From NCBI GenBank assembly GCA_020137815.1, contig CM035359.1, positions 4,650,001 to 4,714,000 on the forward strand: a stretch of DNA of 64,000 nt, read 5' to 3'. A model generated the notes under the pieces. That model did no database searches and was not told where the DNA came from. It saw nothing but the letters and a program-made list of their open reading frames with translations. Both the position numbers and the translations under genes were made by a program. Source of the DNA: Hormiphora californensis. Its lineage: Eukaryota; Animalia; Ctenophora. Positions 13,801 through 26,609 of the stretch are shown here, in pieces. Position 1 is the stretch's first letter; each line of letters begins with the position of its first letter.

Positions 13801-16800
13801 CTCCCCTCAGCGGTCCAATTAACGCAAGTTAACCCGGCTCCCCTAATCCCTCCCCTCAGCGGTCCAATTAACGCAAGTTAACCCCCCCTCCCCTAACCCC
13901 TCCCCTCAGCGGTCCAATTAACGCAAGTTAACCCGGCTCCCCTAATCCCCTCCCCTCAGCGGTCCAATTAACGCAATTAACCCCTCCCCTAACCCCACTC
14001 CCCTAACCCCTCCCCTCAGCGGCTCGATCCGGTCCCTTGAGAGTAAGGACTCGATCCGATCAACACGATCCCTCGAGGGCACAACTAACTTCCCACTACT
14101 AGAGGAGGCCCTATCCAGTACTGAGCATGTTGCCATGGGAGCATTGTGTCTCAGTTCCTTTAAACCGCTTACCGCCCTGGCTGTTGGACCTAAACTTGCC
14201 AGTAAGTGGGATTAGCTAATTAATTAGTTAATTAAAGAGAATATATTATGTTGTATCTACTCGAGTTGTTCTATTCTGTTCCTCTCATCTCTCCCTTTTC
14301 CAAATCACATTCACCTTCTCCCTTGCAATCCCATCCATTATTTGACCCTCTCTCACGACGACCTCTCTCACCTCAACCCCATTAGTCGACACTCACTCCT
14401 TTCCTAACGACCCCATTACATCAGGTGAGATCAGTACCCAGGTTGAGGACAGGTTCAGTGCTGCCCTGTTCTCCCAGGACTTGGTTAGAAATGCTACGGC
14501 TGCTACTCGGGCCGCGGGTCCTACCTGTTCAACCACCAATCAGACACGAGGTATTAACTGGACAGATTAAATGTTAATTTGTACAAATTAACATGAAATT
14601 TAATTCCAAGTTAAGTTCAGGTTAGCTCCATCATCTGCTGTACAATCCAACTACTGCACCACATAGGAGAGTGTTCTCCGTAAAACCCAACTATTACCCC
14701 CCACCCTCCACCACCCTCTTCCCCTCAGGAGAGTGTTCCCCGTAAAACCCAACTATTACCCCCCACCCTCCACCACCCTCTTCACCTCAGGAGAGTGTTC
14801 CCCGTAAAACCCAACTATTACCCCCCACCCTCCACCACCCTCTTCACCTCAGGAGAGTGTTCCCCGTAAAACCCAACTATTACCCCCCACCCTCCACCAC
14901 CCTCTTCCCCTCAGGAGAGTGTTCCCCTTAAAACCCAACTACCCCACTCCACCACCCTCTTCCCCTCAGGAGAGTGTTCCCCGTAAAATCCAACTACCCC
15001 ACTCCACCACCCTCTTCCCCTCAGGAGAGTGTTCCCCGTAAAACCCAACTATCCCCACTCCACCACCCTCTTCCCCTCAGGAGAGTGTTCCCCGTAAAAT
15101 CCAACTATTACCCCCTCTCCACCACCCTCTTCCCCTCAGGAGAGTGTTCCCCGTAAAATCCAACTATTACCCCCACTCCACCACCTTCTTCCCCTCAGGA
15201 GAGTGTTCCCCGTAAAACCCAACTATTACCCCCACCACCCTCCACCACATAGGAGAGTGTTCCCCGTAAAATCCAACTATTACCCCCACCCTCCCCCTCT
15301 TCCCCTCAGGACAGTGTTCCCCGTAAAACCCAACTACCCCCACTCCACCACCCTCTTCCCATCAGGAGAGTGTTCCCCGTAAAACCCAACTACCCCACTC
15401 CACCACCCTCCCTCCACCACCCTCCCTCCACCCCACCCTCCACCACCCTCCACCACCACCCTCCACCGCCCTCCACAGTCCACCACCCTCCCTCCACCCC
15501 ACCCTCCACACCACCCTCCACCACCCTCCACCACCCTCCACCACATAGGAGAGTGTTCCCCGTAAAATCCAACTATTACCCCCACCCTCCCCCTCTTCCC
15601 CTCAGGACAGTGTTCCCCGTAAAACCCAACTACCCCCACTCCACCACCCTCTTCCCATCAGGAGAGTGTTCCCCGTAAAACCCAACTACCCCACTCCACC
15701 ACCCTCCCTCCACCACCCTCCCTCCACCCCACCCTCCACCCCACCCTCCACCACCCTCCACCACCACCCTCCACCACCACCCTCCACCCCACCCTCCACC
15801 CCACCCTCCACCACCCTCCACCACCACCCTCCACCACCCTCCACCACCCTCCACCACCACCCTCCACCACCCTCCCTCCACCCCACCCTCCACCACCCTC
15901 CACCACCACCCTCCACCACCCTCCACCACCCTCCACCACCACCCTCCACCACCCTCCCTCCACCCCACCCTCCACCCCACCCTCCACACCACCCTCCACC
16001 ACCCTCCCTCCACCCCACCCTCCACATCACCCTCCACCACCCTCCACCACCACCCTCCACCACCCTCCACCACCCTCCCTCCACCCCACCCTCCACACCA
16101 CCCTCCACCACCCTCTCAGGAGAGTGTTCCCCCGAGATGGCGTTTGTCGAGGAAGAGCGCCCTGAGGGATCCAGTTCTCCTACCACCAGGGGAGAAGGGG
16201 AGACACCTGCAGCAGGGGATCAAGAGGGAGAAGAAGAGGAGGAGGGAGACGAAGGGGAAGACCCTGCTGATATAAGGAGAGAGTTGTTTAAACAGACAAA
16301 GGAAGCTTTCCTGAGGAGACCAGTATCTTCCTTCAGACATAAAGTCTCACAAACTTCAAGAAGGTATTGTTTAATGTTAAAATCAATCTTGAAAGTTGAA
16401 AATTGTAGCAGTTCCCCAGGTTTGTCCCCCAGATTTTCGTCTCATCTCTAACTACAATTCCTAAACTAACGGCCTCTTCTAACCCCCACTACCCCCTATC
16501 CCCAGTCTGTACCCATATCTGTGGGCGGTGGCCCACGCTCTGGACGACAACCTGTCCTTCCTACACGTCGTCAACCTGAACTTCCCAACACGGGTCGACC
16601 GGACTCAGTTCCTGTGCGAGGGTAAAGTGTTGACAATGTGTGTTGTGAAGAACTCTGCTACTGATGATACTGAACAGGTAACTATAGCAACAAAATAATT
16701 CATCCACCTAGTTACCTCTTAGTTACCCCCTAGCTACCACCTAGCTACCACCTAGTTACCACATCGTTACCACCTAGTTAGCTCTTAGTAACCACCTAGT

Positions 16801-18372
16801 TACCTTCTAGTTACCACCTAGTTACCACCTAGTTAGCTCTTAGTAACCACCTAGTTACCACCTAGTTACCTCTTAGTTATCATGACCCACATATATCAGG
16901 TAACAGCTAAGCGTGTACTGTTTGGTGGTCAGCGTCCTGACTGTACCTACAGTTGTTGGATGGGAACCACCTAGTTACCACCTAGTTACCACCTAGTTAC
17001 CACCTAGTTACCACCTAGTTACCACCTAGTTAACACCTAGTTACCACCTAGTTAACACCTAGTTACCACCTAGTTACCACCTAGTTACCACCTAGTTACC
17101 TCTTAGTTACCACCTAGTTACCTCCTAGTTATCATGACCCACATATATCAGGTAACAGCTAAGCGTGTTCTGTTTGGTGGTCAGCGTCCTGACTGTACCT
17201 ATAGTTGTTGGATGGGCACCTAGTTACCACCTAGTTACCACCTAGTTACCTCCTAGTTACCACCTAGTTACCTCTTAGTTACCACCTAGTTACCTCCTAG
17301 TTATCATGACCCACATATATCAGGTAACAGCTAAGCGTGTTCTGTTTGGTGGTCAGCGTCCTGACTGTACCTACAGTTGTTGGATGGGCACCAGTGAGGG
17401 AAGGATCTTTGTTATCGAACTAACGGAACCATTCTCTCAAGTCTTCTCAAAACAATTCACTGATAGGTCGGTGTGAGATTAATGTAGATCAGTATCTAGA
17501 AACTAATAGGGGAGCTTTATTACCCTATGTGTCAGTATTATTACATATACTTACTACTGTTATTACATCTAGAGTAGCAAGTTGAATATACCTCACTGCA
17601 GACATGTTGTTTAGTAACAATATATATCCGGGTTCAAAATCTTGTTGAGTACCCCTTATCTCAACCCATCACATCTTTGTTCAGCGTGCTACAGATCGAG
17701 TACAGAGAACCTCGTGTTCTTGTGTCTCTCCGTAATGGGGCTCTGGTGGTGTTTAACAGGGACAGAGAGGGGAGGTGGGATGTTGAGAACTACCAGATTA
17801 TTGTCATAGACACCACAGGTTAGTGCGGGACGGGAAATGAACACAAGAAAATAGTGGTTTTTTGGGGGGGGGAGGAGAAATGTTTAGGGGGGACATGATG
17901 TGGGGGGGGACAAACATGAGACAAACTAAAACATTTTCATAATATTATAGCTCCAAACTAACGGTATTATATCCTGCAGGACGGAAGGTGAGGCGTATTG
18001 CAGAGGTAGAGGGGAAGGCATGGTGCGGTAGTGGGCCCACCATCTCTGTCTGTGATGTCAACTCATATCGTGTACTGGAACGGGTATGTTTACTTACTCA
18101 TTTTATGTTCTAACCCTCCTTTACAGTTTACTGTAAAAAATGCCCGTACATTGCCTTGTTCGACCCTCTTTCCGTGTGCTCCGCATGTAAACTTTACATG
18201 CGGAGCGCACAGAAAGAGGGTCGAACAAGGCAATGTACGGGCACCTCCAAGCTGTCAGAGCTCTTTTCTGACTTCTATGTCTTGTTGTGTATCATTCATA
18301 CTGAGCTATTATTATTATTATATGGAAGATACTGAGCCGGTCCGAACTAAAACAAGAAACACCCCAGCTCCC

Positions 18373-18427
<55 letters not shown>

Positions 18428-20246
18428 GAGCCACTAACAGCCCCCTCTTTCTGGCAGATCGATGTGGTTATGAATAACAACGAGCACATTAGAGAGATAT
18501 GTCCAGTGGGCGACACCGTCTGGGTGTCTCTCAGCAAGTCGACCAAAGTTGTTATATTTGCAACTCAAACTAAACAACTTATCCGAGTTATATCACTCAA
18601 GGTATGGCTAGTATGTAAGTAGTAACCACCCAAAGTGTAAGTAGTAAGTAGTAACCACCCAAAGTGTAAGTAGTAAGTAGTAACCACCCAAAGTGATTCC
18701 AATCGGTGTTGGGGAAGTGTATGTTAGATATTTTTATAACAGCTCTCTCTCCCCCTGTAGGGTTATCTGCTACGTACCGGATTGAGACACGGTCTGGATC
18801 TCCAGAGAACTGATCTTTACATTACCAGCCTATTCTACGATGGTTCACTAATCTGGATCGGTAAGGGGACAAAATTAAATCTGTAGCACTGATATATCTC
18901 TCTTGTTTTTTGTTTGTTTTATCTGCACATATCTCTCTTGAAGTAGTAAATGAAACATCAGCGTAGAGCGGGCTATTTCTGACCCCCTCCCACCCCCCAG
19001 GAACTAATATTGGTGTAGTGCTGGCGATTCTGTTTCCCGTTGGCGACCCCACCTGTTCCCATGGACTCGGTGAGGAGCCAGGAGAGGGGGGACGATGCTC
19101 CAACCTCTCTAGTCTTGATGATGAGCTGTGTTGGGACCCCTGCGAGAAGGTGAGTTTTATGCTGTATAAGTAATATTAGATTGGGAGCCTGTTAGCTAGC
19201 TAAATCCATGTCAAATTATTTCGAATTTGAATGATTTGAACATCGTTCATGTTTTGTGAAAGAGACTTACCTTCTCTAACATTGCCCAACACAATCTCAA
19301 CTTTATGAAGCCCCTATACTTTACCCCCACCCTCCCTGCAGTTATCCCTGGGAGCGGGGAGTGGAGCAGCCACTACCGCAACCATCACCACCTTCCCTCT
19401 ACCACCATCCACCACGACCCCTAAAACAACGGCCTCGTCCTGGAAGTCCCGGGGATCATCTCTCACTGATTGTAGTCCACCAAGTTCAGTGGATGAGGGG
19501 GCTGGGACAAGTAACTCTCCACCGGTAGAGAGAGGGTTGCTAAGCAACAATGTGGGTGAACATGTGGTATCTAATGAGGAACACCATATCACCTCCCCTC
19601 CCCGTCCTATTGAACTGAACAAGGAATCTACTTTTGATTATACTGATGTCGATGAAATTGCTAATGCTACATCTCCAACAAAATCAAGTGAGTGAAGATG
19701 TTAGTTTGTTCCTTGTGAAGAATAATGTTCTCGAAACCTTCCGTTAATTTAGTAATTAGTACCACACTTATCCATGTACCCCTAATATGTTACTGTTTTG
19801 ACAGCGGACGAGATATCAGAGATGCTGGCATCTTTTGATTTGGATTCTGGAACTCAGGAGAAGGTTCTCAATATTACCGAGGAACATATTCTGTTCAGCA
19901 TCTACGGAACTCAGGTATATTATTTGGCAAATATCTATCGCTCTCTCTCTCTCTATCGCTAGCTGTGAGAGAGGTATTACGCGGGTCACTCATCAATATA
20001 TTTGTATATTTTTAGTAACTTATCTAACCCAATCCCCCGACTGTTCAGGGTCCAGTGACATGTTTCACGGGTGTGAGTGGGGACGATGATCTTCCATCGC
20101 TTCTCTGTACTGCTGGAATCGGGTTTGACGATTACGAGGTGAAAGGGTTGAAGAATCTGAGGAGAAAAGACACGATAGAGGCCGATACCCCCACTGATCC
20201 AAAGTTCCTTGCTCAGCTACTACTTTGGAGTTACTCCAGGAATTGA
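4845..20246 (+). CDS. JIP3/JIP4 (MAPK8IP3/SPAG9)-like coiled-coil and beta-propeller scaffold, more than 25 exons; 5' end uncertain
   Basis: GT-AG exons give an RH1-like N-terminus (VIETELESVVVILGEDSKCLIPLVSNF) and long coiled coils. The C-terminal propeller has VLVSLRNGALVVFNRDREGRWDVENY, KAWCG, VWVSL, AGIGFDDY and AQLLLWSY, resembling the JIP3/ARHGEF17 C-terminus. No DH domain seen. Confidence 0.72.
4995..5555 (-). mobile_element. Two head-to-tail non-autonomous Helitron copies (4995-5311, 5312-5555)
   Basis: On the minus strand each starts TCTCTATTATAA and ends with the hairpin GCGCACCCAATGGGTGCGC running into CTAG. Inserted between A and T with no TSD. Confidence 0.75.
5635..5743. mobile_element. 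hAT-type MITE
   Basis: TIR CAGGAACCGACCG/CGGTCGGTTCCTG with 8-bp TSD GCAGTATC. Family copies at ~7660-7765, 13301-13409 and ~62915-63043. Confidence 0.85.
5821..6131 (+). repeat. ~79-bp tandem repeat x4 spanning an exon end and splice donor
   Basis: Unit CTCATTCCCCTGGTATCTAAC...GACTTTGACAAG|GTATAATTGC. Confidence 0.9.
6397..6674 (+). repeat. 21-bp tandem repeat (~13 copies) built from a splice acceptor
   Basis: Unit GTTCTAACATTGTYYCTYCAG; the last copy precedes exon VLTELSQAEV. Confidence 0.9.
7034..7353 (-). pseudogene. Inserted cDNA fragment of a putatively trans-spliced mRNA (SL-like leader, 5' UTR, CDS start)
   Basis: Minus strand begins AGTTTCAAACTTTTCAACACTACTTTAAACAAATTAATTTGAG, then a UTR and ATG (MNNFHGITNREEF...). 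Flanked by the direct repeat ACTACATGAAGT at 7022-7033 and 7351-7362. Confidence 0.65.
8232..8478. mobile_element. Tc1/mariner-like MITE with expanded internal 16-bp repeats
   Basis: Array of CCCCGATTTAGTGGCA, end AAATCGGGGTCTGACTG; same family as 44097, 47272 and 56992. Confidence 0.75.
13301..13409. mobile_element. hAT-type MITE
   Basis: Same TIRs as 5635 with 8-bp TSD ACTGTAAT. Confidence 0.88.
13700..14022 (+). repeat. ~50-bp minisatellite containing the acceptor CCTCCCCTCAG
   Basis: Repeated CCCTAACCCCTCCCCTCAG|CGGTCCAATTAACGCAAG. Confidence 0.85.
14665..16133 (+). repeat. C-rich minisatellite containing an acceptor and the first bases of the next exon
   Basis: Repeated TTCCCCTCAG|GAGAGTGTTCCCCG with (CCA/CCT)n expansions; the final copy leads into exon ECSPEMAFVEEE. 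Confidence 0.85.
16705..17392 (+). repeat. 12-bp CTAGTTACCAC(C) satellite with a triplicated acceptor and exon start
   Basis: ATATATCAG|GTAACAGCTAAGCGTG...TGGATGGG occurs three times (~16900, ~17152, ~17324). Confidence 0.88.
18141..18243. repeat. 103-bp intronic near-perfect palindrome
   Basis: TGCCCGTACATTGCC...GGCAATGTACGGGCA with two mismatches and essentially no loop. Confidence 0.9.
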
Positions 20247-21787
20247 GACAATTAATTGTATATCAATTAGTTAATTTAATGGGAGTATCTTTTAAATCTT
20301 TCTCAGAGACTGATTTGCAGATGTAGTACGTTTCTTACATTTGATCTGGAATCTATAGGTGTGGTATTTAGATATTTAGATATTTGAAAAGACGTTTATT
20401 GGTAGATTACTGTTTTAGTTTTTTTGGAAGTGCATTGCCCGTATATTAAAACTGGGATAATGAAGGCTTGATTTTTCCCTGCAGTTTCAGTTATCGGCGT
20501 TTGAGTATTTGGATAATATTAACACGCTAATATTCTGTCTGAGCGCACTGTTGTTATCAAAACAGGGTCTAGGAAACGCCAGCTATAAATATCTTTAAGT
20601 TATGATAGGATATTTGCTAATGTTATCCTTATTCAACAAAGTTATCCATGGGTTTATAGACATCCCCTAGTTTCCTTCTTGAGCCCCTAGTAATAGTTTC
20701 CTTCTTGAGCAGTAGAAGAATATAATTTAAAATATTTTACTTTTTGACCTTTCTTGGGTGCTGGCACCCATTCATGCCTAAAAATAAATAATAATTAATT
20801 ATTTAAAACAGCGACAGTGGCACGTATATATCTTTGTTTTGAAATCAATTCAACTTTAAATTGAAATGATCGTTAAAGAATGCTATGTGTGCTATAAGTG
20901 GCAATATTACTGTTAGAGACAGTGTTTTATTGTTTTAATAAAATATATATGGGTTGTTAGTATAATTTTGTTTTTAATGTTTTTCTCCACAATGAAACCC
21001 GCTGTTTAATCGATTTTCAAAAGGTTAGGGCATTCTATGTATAGTCGAATTTTTTCCCTGCCCGGGTATGCCTTTTTACTTTGTAAAAAGGCATAGCAGG
21101 GTTAGAATTCGAAAACGACATTTTGGTATACTAACTAATCGGTAGAGGGACCATTTTGGTCACACTTACGTTGCGAGGGGCAACACGGTACCACCCGGTG
21201 TACTCAGCGTAGCAACTGAGCCGCGCGCACAACAACAAGTTGCTCCTTTATCAAAACTTACAATGGCACAGTTTGATGGACGTGTATGCGCGCGCCACTC
21301 AACAAAACATGAATAGCGCTGCCGCGTGTTTCGCGTGTTACATACACATTGTCATCTTGCGAGTCGAGTGTGATAGGTTAGATAAGTAGTTAAGTTGGAA
21401 TGTCAAAAGCTGGTTAGCAAGTGTCATGTGAGTAAACTAAGCTATGTGAGAAGTATACTGACAGCTAGATCGTATGCATCTCACATTACATTATGACCAA
21501 GCCTTGATCCTGTTGACAGTGACACGTGAAACGGGAGGGCAGGGAAACACAGCATTATGAATACATAATGCAATGATTCTTGTTCACCTGCCCAGGTAAA
21601 TGCTGAAGGTATTCACCCTGGTTGCTGGTTAGAATTCGAATTTTCATCTCTTCTTTCACCCCACTGGACCTGCAGCAGGCTTTCTTAGCCCCTGCCAGTC
21701 AGTGATGTCATGCTTCGGTTATCTTGGTTAACATAGAACGTTGGTGTTAGGTGTGAATGTTACTTTTAGGAGGTTGGTGTGACTATT

Positions 21788-22573
21788 AGTGTTAGGTGTG
21801 GAGGTTGGTGTTAGGTGTGGTGGTTGGTGTTAGGTGTGGAGGTTGGTGTTAGGTGTGGAGGTTGGTGTTAGGTGTGGAGGTTGGTGTTAGGTGTGGAGGT
21901 TGTGTTTAGTTGTGTTGTTTGTTTTATGTGTGTAGGTTAGGTGTTGTGGTTTTTATTTTTTTTTTAGGATTTGGATTTTTTGGTTATTTTTGCTTTTTTT
22001 TTTAGAGTTTTCTGTTTTTTTTTCGTTTTCAAGGTTTTCTGTAGTTGTGTCTGTTTTGGTTTTTTGTTTATTTATTTTTCTGTGTGGCCGTTTTTGTATT
22101 TTTTTTCTTTTGTGTTTTCTTGTTGGAGGTTTTGTGTTAGGTTTTGATCTTGTTTTTTTTCTGGTTGTTTATGTTTTTGTGTCTGTGTTGTCTTTTTGTT
22201 GTTTTTTTGTCTGTGTTTTACCTTAGTTTTATGCGTGTTATTTTTAGTTTTTTGAGTTTTATGTTGTTCCGTTTTTGGGGGTGGTGTTAGGTGTTTCTTT
22301 TTTTGTTCTTTGTTATGTTTTTTGTCTTTTTTTCTTTTTTTTTGTTCGTTTTGTGCCGGTTTTTTTTCATGTTTTTCGTTTGTGTTACTTGTTGAGGTTG
22401 GTTTTAGGTTTTTACTGTTGTGTAGTTTACTTTGTGTCCGAGGTGTGGTGCAGGTGTGGAGGTTGGTGTTAGTGTGGAGGTGTGGTTAGGTGTGGAGTTT
22501 TGTGTTAGTGTGGAGGTTAGTGTTAGGTGTGGAGGTTGGTGTTAGGTGTGGAGGTTGGTGTTAGGTGTGGAGG
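21788..22573. repeat. 19-bp satellite GGTTGGTGTTAGGTGTGGA with a degraded T-rich middle
   Basis: Clean units at both ends; the same satellite occurs at 49030-49145. Confidence 0.8.
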
Positions 22574-23345
22574 CTGTCAGGCGGTGTTGTGGCCGGGAGC
22601 TGGAGCATATTTGTTTGTAAACTTTTAACCTATAAAACTACCCTCGAGGGTAAGATCTTACCGATGGCTGATCCTGCTAAGTTCAGCTGAGGGATACCAG
22701 GTTTTAGTGGAACAGGAAATGGAGGAAGATCCAGATCCAAAGGGTAGTATTCATCTCTATTGTTATGTTGCTCCCATCTTGTTGGGCTGGCCATGATGTT
22801 TACCATGAATATTTTACCATGGTATCCACGGTAACGGCATCACACAGCCCTGTGAAGATGTAAAACAGTTGTCCAGTGTTGTACTTTAGAGCCCGGACTT
22901 TGCCGTGTTGAACTGATTAGATACCGTATTCTTACTACAATCACCCATCACCCATGTAAATTTTAATCACGTATCTATCTAAACATAAATATCAAGGGTA
23001 GCTAAAATCACTACGTGGCTGAATATTGCCAGTAAGTAGTAGTTTTTAAAATTCCAGCATAACAGATCACCAAGCACTAGATAAAAATTTAGGAATGCTA
23101 AATTTGGAAATGAGTAACTTATCAGCAGCCATAAATGGAGCCTTTATAAATTCAGCCCATCGCAAGATTTTCTTTACTTCTACAAAGTACTACTTTACCG
23201 GAGTTATTGTTATTATCAAGGTAACAAAACGTTAGATGCTATTTTTGGATATATTTTTGGACTAAATCGAAACATATTCTGTAGTGATATCAACCTATAT
23301 ATTAGGTATCTCCTAACCCTTCATCCTATTCCAGGTGTTCCCGAT

Positions 23346-25186
23346 ATGAAACGCTTAATACTGTGCCTCCTTCTTCTGGCGGCTATGACAGGGGCGTGGA
23401 GACGGCGGCGTAGAAGAAGGAGATCCTGTGTAAGAAACGGCGGTTGGAGTGGCTGGTATGACACTTCTGGCTGTATTTGTAACCACGCAACGGGCACAGG
23501 GTACATCTCTAGAGGACGGAGCTGCAACAGCCCCTCCCCTGCTTGTGGTGGGAGCTATTGTCCTGGGTCTTCGACATCCTCTAGGTACTGCAGCTGCTGT
23601 AGAACTGTCAATGGAGGATGGAGTGGTTGGAGATACACTTCTAGCTGTGTATGTAACCATGCTACCGGAACTGGATACCGCCCAAAGACAAGATCCTGCA
23701 CCAGTCCAGCCCCTACTGTGGGGATCAATGCTGCTCTGGTAGCTCAACTAGTAGAGACGACTGCTCCCAGCTGCTGTAAACTGTCAATGGAGATGTAGTG
23801 GTTGGAGCTAACTTCTAGCTGTGTCTGTAACCATGCTACCGGAACTGGCTACCGCCCAAAGACAAGATCCTGCACCAGTCCAGCGCCCTACGTGTGGGGA
23901 GCAAGCTGCTCTGGCAGCTCAACTAGTAAGAGACGACTGCTCCAGCATGCTGGCTAAACCATCCATGGAGGATGGAAGTGGTTTGGCTACACTTCTAGCT
24001 GTTGTCGTAACCATGCACCGGAACTGGCTCCGCCCAAAGCAAGATCCTGCACCAGTTCCAGCCCCCTACTGTGGGGGAGCAAGTGCTCTGGTAGCTCAAC
24101 TAGTAGAGGACACTGCTCCAGCAGCTGCTGTAAACTGTTCATGGAGGATGGAGTGGTTTTGGAGCTACACTCTAGCTGTGTATGTGACCATCTACCGGAA
24201 CTGGCTACCGCCCAAAGAAACATTCTGTACCAGTCCAACACCCTCCTGTGGGGGAGCAAGCTGCTCTGGCACTCAACTAGTTAGAGACGACTGCTCCAGC
24301 AGCTGCTGTAAACTGTCAATGGAGGATGGAGTGGTTGGAGCTACACTTCTATGCTGTGTAATGTGACCATGCTACCGGAACTGGCTACCCCGCCCAAAGG
24401 CAGGATCCTGCACCAGTCCAGCGCCCTACTGTGCGGACAAGCTGCTCTGGCAGCTCAACTAGTAGAGATCGACTGCTCCACAGCTGCTGTAAAACTGTCC
24501 ATGGGATGGAGTGGTTGGAGCTACACTCTACTGTGTATTGTACCAAGCTACCGGAACTGTACCTACCGCCAAAGGCAAATCCTGCACCAGTCCGCGCCCT
24601 ACTGTGGGGGAGCAAGCTGCTTCTGGCAGCTCAACTAGATAGAGACGACTGCTCCAGCAGCTTGCTGTAACATGTCAATGGAGGATGGATGTGGTTGGAG
24701 CTACTCTTCTGGCTGTGTATGTGACCAAGCTACCGGAACTGGCTACCGCCCAAAGAAACGATTCTGTACCTCCAGCCCATACTGTGGGGGAGCACGTTGC
24801 TCTGGCAGCTCACCTAGTAGAGACACTGCTCCAGCAGCTGCTTAAAACTGTCCTAGGAGGATGGAGTGGTTGGTTAACCATGGGTAACTGTTCCCTGTGA
24901 TATACCAGGAACCGGAACAAAGCTTCGAAATAGGACATTGCACCAGTCCAAGCCCTGCCTGTGGAGGAGAGACCCTGCAGTAGTGGTACGAGTGAGGGGT
25001 GGAGACCATGTCCTGTGACGATGAATGTTGTAAGACATCCATGGTGGCTGGACTGAGTGGGATAGTGGGCGTGCAACTGTGATTTCGAGACCGAGGAAGG
25101 TGTGACGGAACGAGAACGGGAGGTTCAACCCGACCCCCGCGTGCGGAGGTAAGACGTGCGAGGGTTATGCTAAAGAAAAACTATAA
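23346..25186 (+). CDS. Secreted thrombospondin type-1 repeat protein (frameshifted in this assembly)
   Basis: Signal peptide MKRLILCLLLLAAMTGA, then WR8, then ~60-aa repeats (NGGWSGW...C.C...R.RSC.SP.P.CGG..C.G). Many indels after ~23715; the terminus matches the clean copy at 50131-50322. Confidence 0.8.
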
Positions 25187-25305
25187 CTCTGAAGATTGGT
25201 CATGGATCGAATGGTGACCATTTGTAGCGTGTCAAAGACGATTTGTCAACAAAAAAAAGAAGAAAAAAAAGCAAAACTCTTTATACTTTTTCTAAGACGT
25301 TCTTG

Positions 25306-25512
25306 AGTAGTATAGAACTGGTGAACTGACGTCAAATTTTGATTGGCACGCTGTCAGAACTGGTTAATTGGCGTCACATTTTGATTGTCACGGTATCACA
25401 ACTGGTGAATTGGCGTCACGATTTTCACGATATCACAAGTGATGAATTGACGTCACAATTCTACTAATGCACAATACTGTAGTATGAGAGAGAAGGGGGA
25501 GGGGTGTAAATA
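25306..25512 (+). repeat. Left terminal inverted repeat
   Basis: Reverse complement of 48650-48834 apart from a few substitutions and ~22 extra bp; internal TGACGTCA/TGGCGTCA repeats. Confidence 0.95.
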
Positions 25513-25557
25513 CCAGGTGACAGTGATATGCTCATTTCTTAACTTTTCGTTTCTGAT

Positions 25558-26076
25558 ATGTTTAACATTGCTTGGTGGCCCGAAGAGGAGTTTTGCATTG
25601 AGAAGGTGAAGGAGCACTTTGAGGACATTGTTTGCTTCATGGTTGACAAACGCCTTGAAGAGGATATCTATCGTTTCCCAGTGCAACATACTCATGAGGT
25701 TGAAGAAAAGGTTGGAGAAGTGTTAAAAAAGTATGGTGGTGCTAATTTTCCTATATCCATAGAGTTTGCTTACTACAGTCAAGATGATAAAACCGAAGTT
25801 TGTTCAGTGAAAAACTACCCGGAAAGAATTATTTACGAAAGTTTACCAAAGGATTTATTGAGTCTTGTTGTAAGCTCATCGCGTGAATTAGTGATGTGTC
25901 TCGCTTTTGTGAGGATCTTTGTCGACACAACTTATCAATGTGAAGATGACAACGAACCGTTTTTGTTAAAAGGAAATGTAGAATCTTTGTTCAAAGCTCC
26001 GTCTGAGGAAGATGAATGTGATTGTGGGAGGTGTGAACTTATAGAAGACTTTTTGAATAAGTTGGATACCTCTTAA
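25558..26076 (+). CDS. Polinton hypothetical protein, 172 aa
   Basis: Intact acidic ORF just inside the TIR; no motif recognised. Confidence 0.6.
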   Translation: MFNIAWWPEEEFCIEKVKEHFEDIVCFMVDKRLEEDIYRFPVQHTHEVEEKVGEVLKKYGGANFPISIEFAYYSQDDKTEVCSVKNYPERIIYESLPKDLLSLVVSSSRELVMCLAFVRIFVDTTYQCEDDNEPFLLKGNVESLFKAPSEEDECDCGRCELIEDFLNKLDTS

Positions 26077-26119
26077 GTTAATCAATGAAACTTTTATTTT
26101 TATTTAAAAAAAACTGAGT

Positions 26120-26609
26120 TTATTTTAGAAAACAACAATCAAAAATTTTATCAATCAATTTTTCTCGTTCACTTATTTGCGAAAGTACATATAATCTGTC
26201 AACAAACTGTGTGTTACCAAGCGAGTCCTTGTCATCACAAAAGTAGTTTCCACACTCCTTGGCATGTAAAAATCCCTCGACAATAGTTCCACGATCACGA
26301 CATTCTGGCAAACCATGCGATTCAATGAGTTTAAAAGTAACTCGTCTTGCTTTTTTGCGTCTCAAAGCTCCATTTTCAACTACTTTCTTATCAAAGAATA
26401 TGTTTCCTTCTTTGGAGATGTCAAGTTTGGCAAGGGAATCCGTGAAGTCAAACTTAGGTAATGATGCTTTTGACATCTCTTTAGCAAAGAACAATTTTTA
26501 CAGAAGCCACGAAATTTCTTGGAGGAGTCTCCCGAGAAAAAATCAAACAAATTATAACTCTGCATTACGGTAATGATCAGTTTTGATGAACTACATCAAG
26601 ATATTTCAT
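26120..26609 (-). CDS. Polinton hypothetical protein (5' part probably frameshifted)
   Basis: ORF 26120-26494 has coding-like composition; overlapping ORF 26380-26565. Confidence 0.45.

Noticed and set aside
14665-16133. CRISPR-like repeat-spacer appearance and Pro-rich ORFs
   Set aside because: The spacers are related low-complexity sequence in a eukaryotic intron with no cas genes.
21900-22440. Hydrophobic F/V/L ORFs and telomere-like TTAGG
   Set aside because: T-biased degradation of a 19-bp satellite, probably a base-calling artefact; not a telomeric array.
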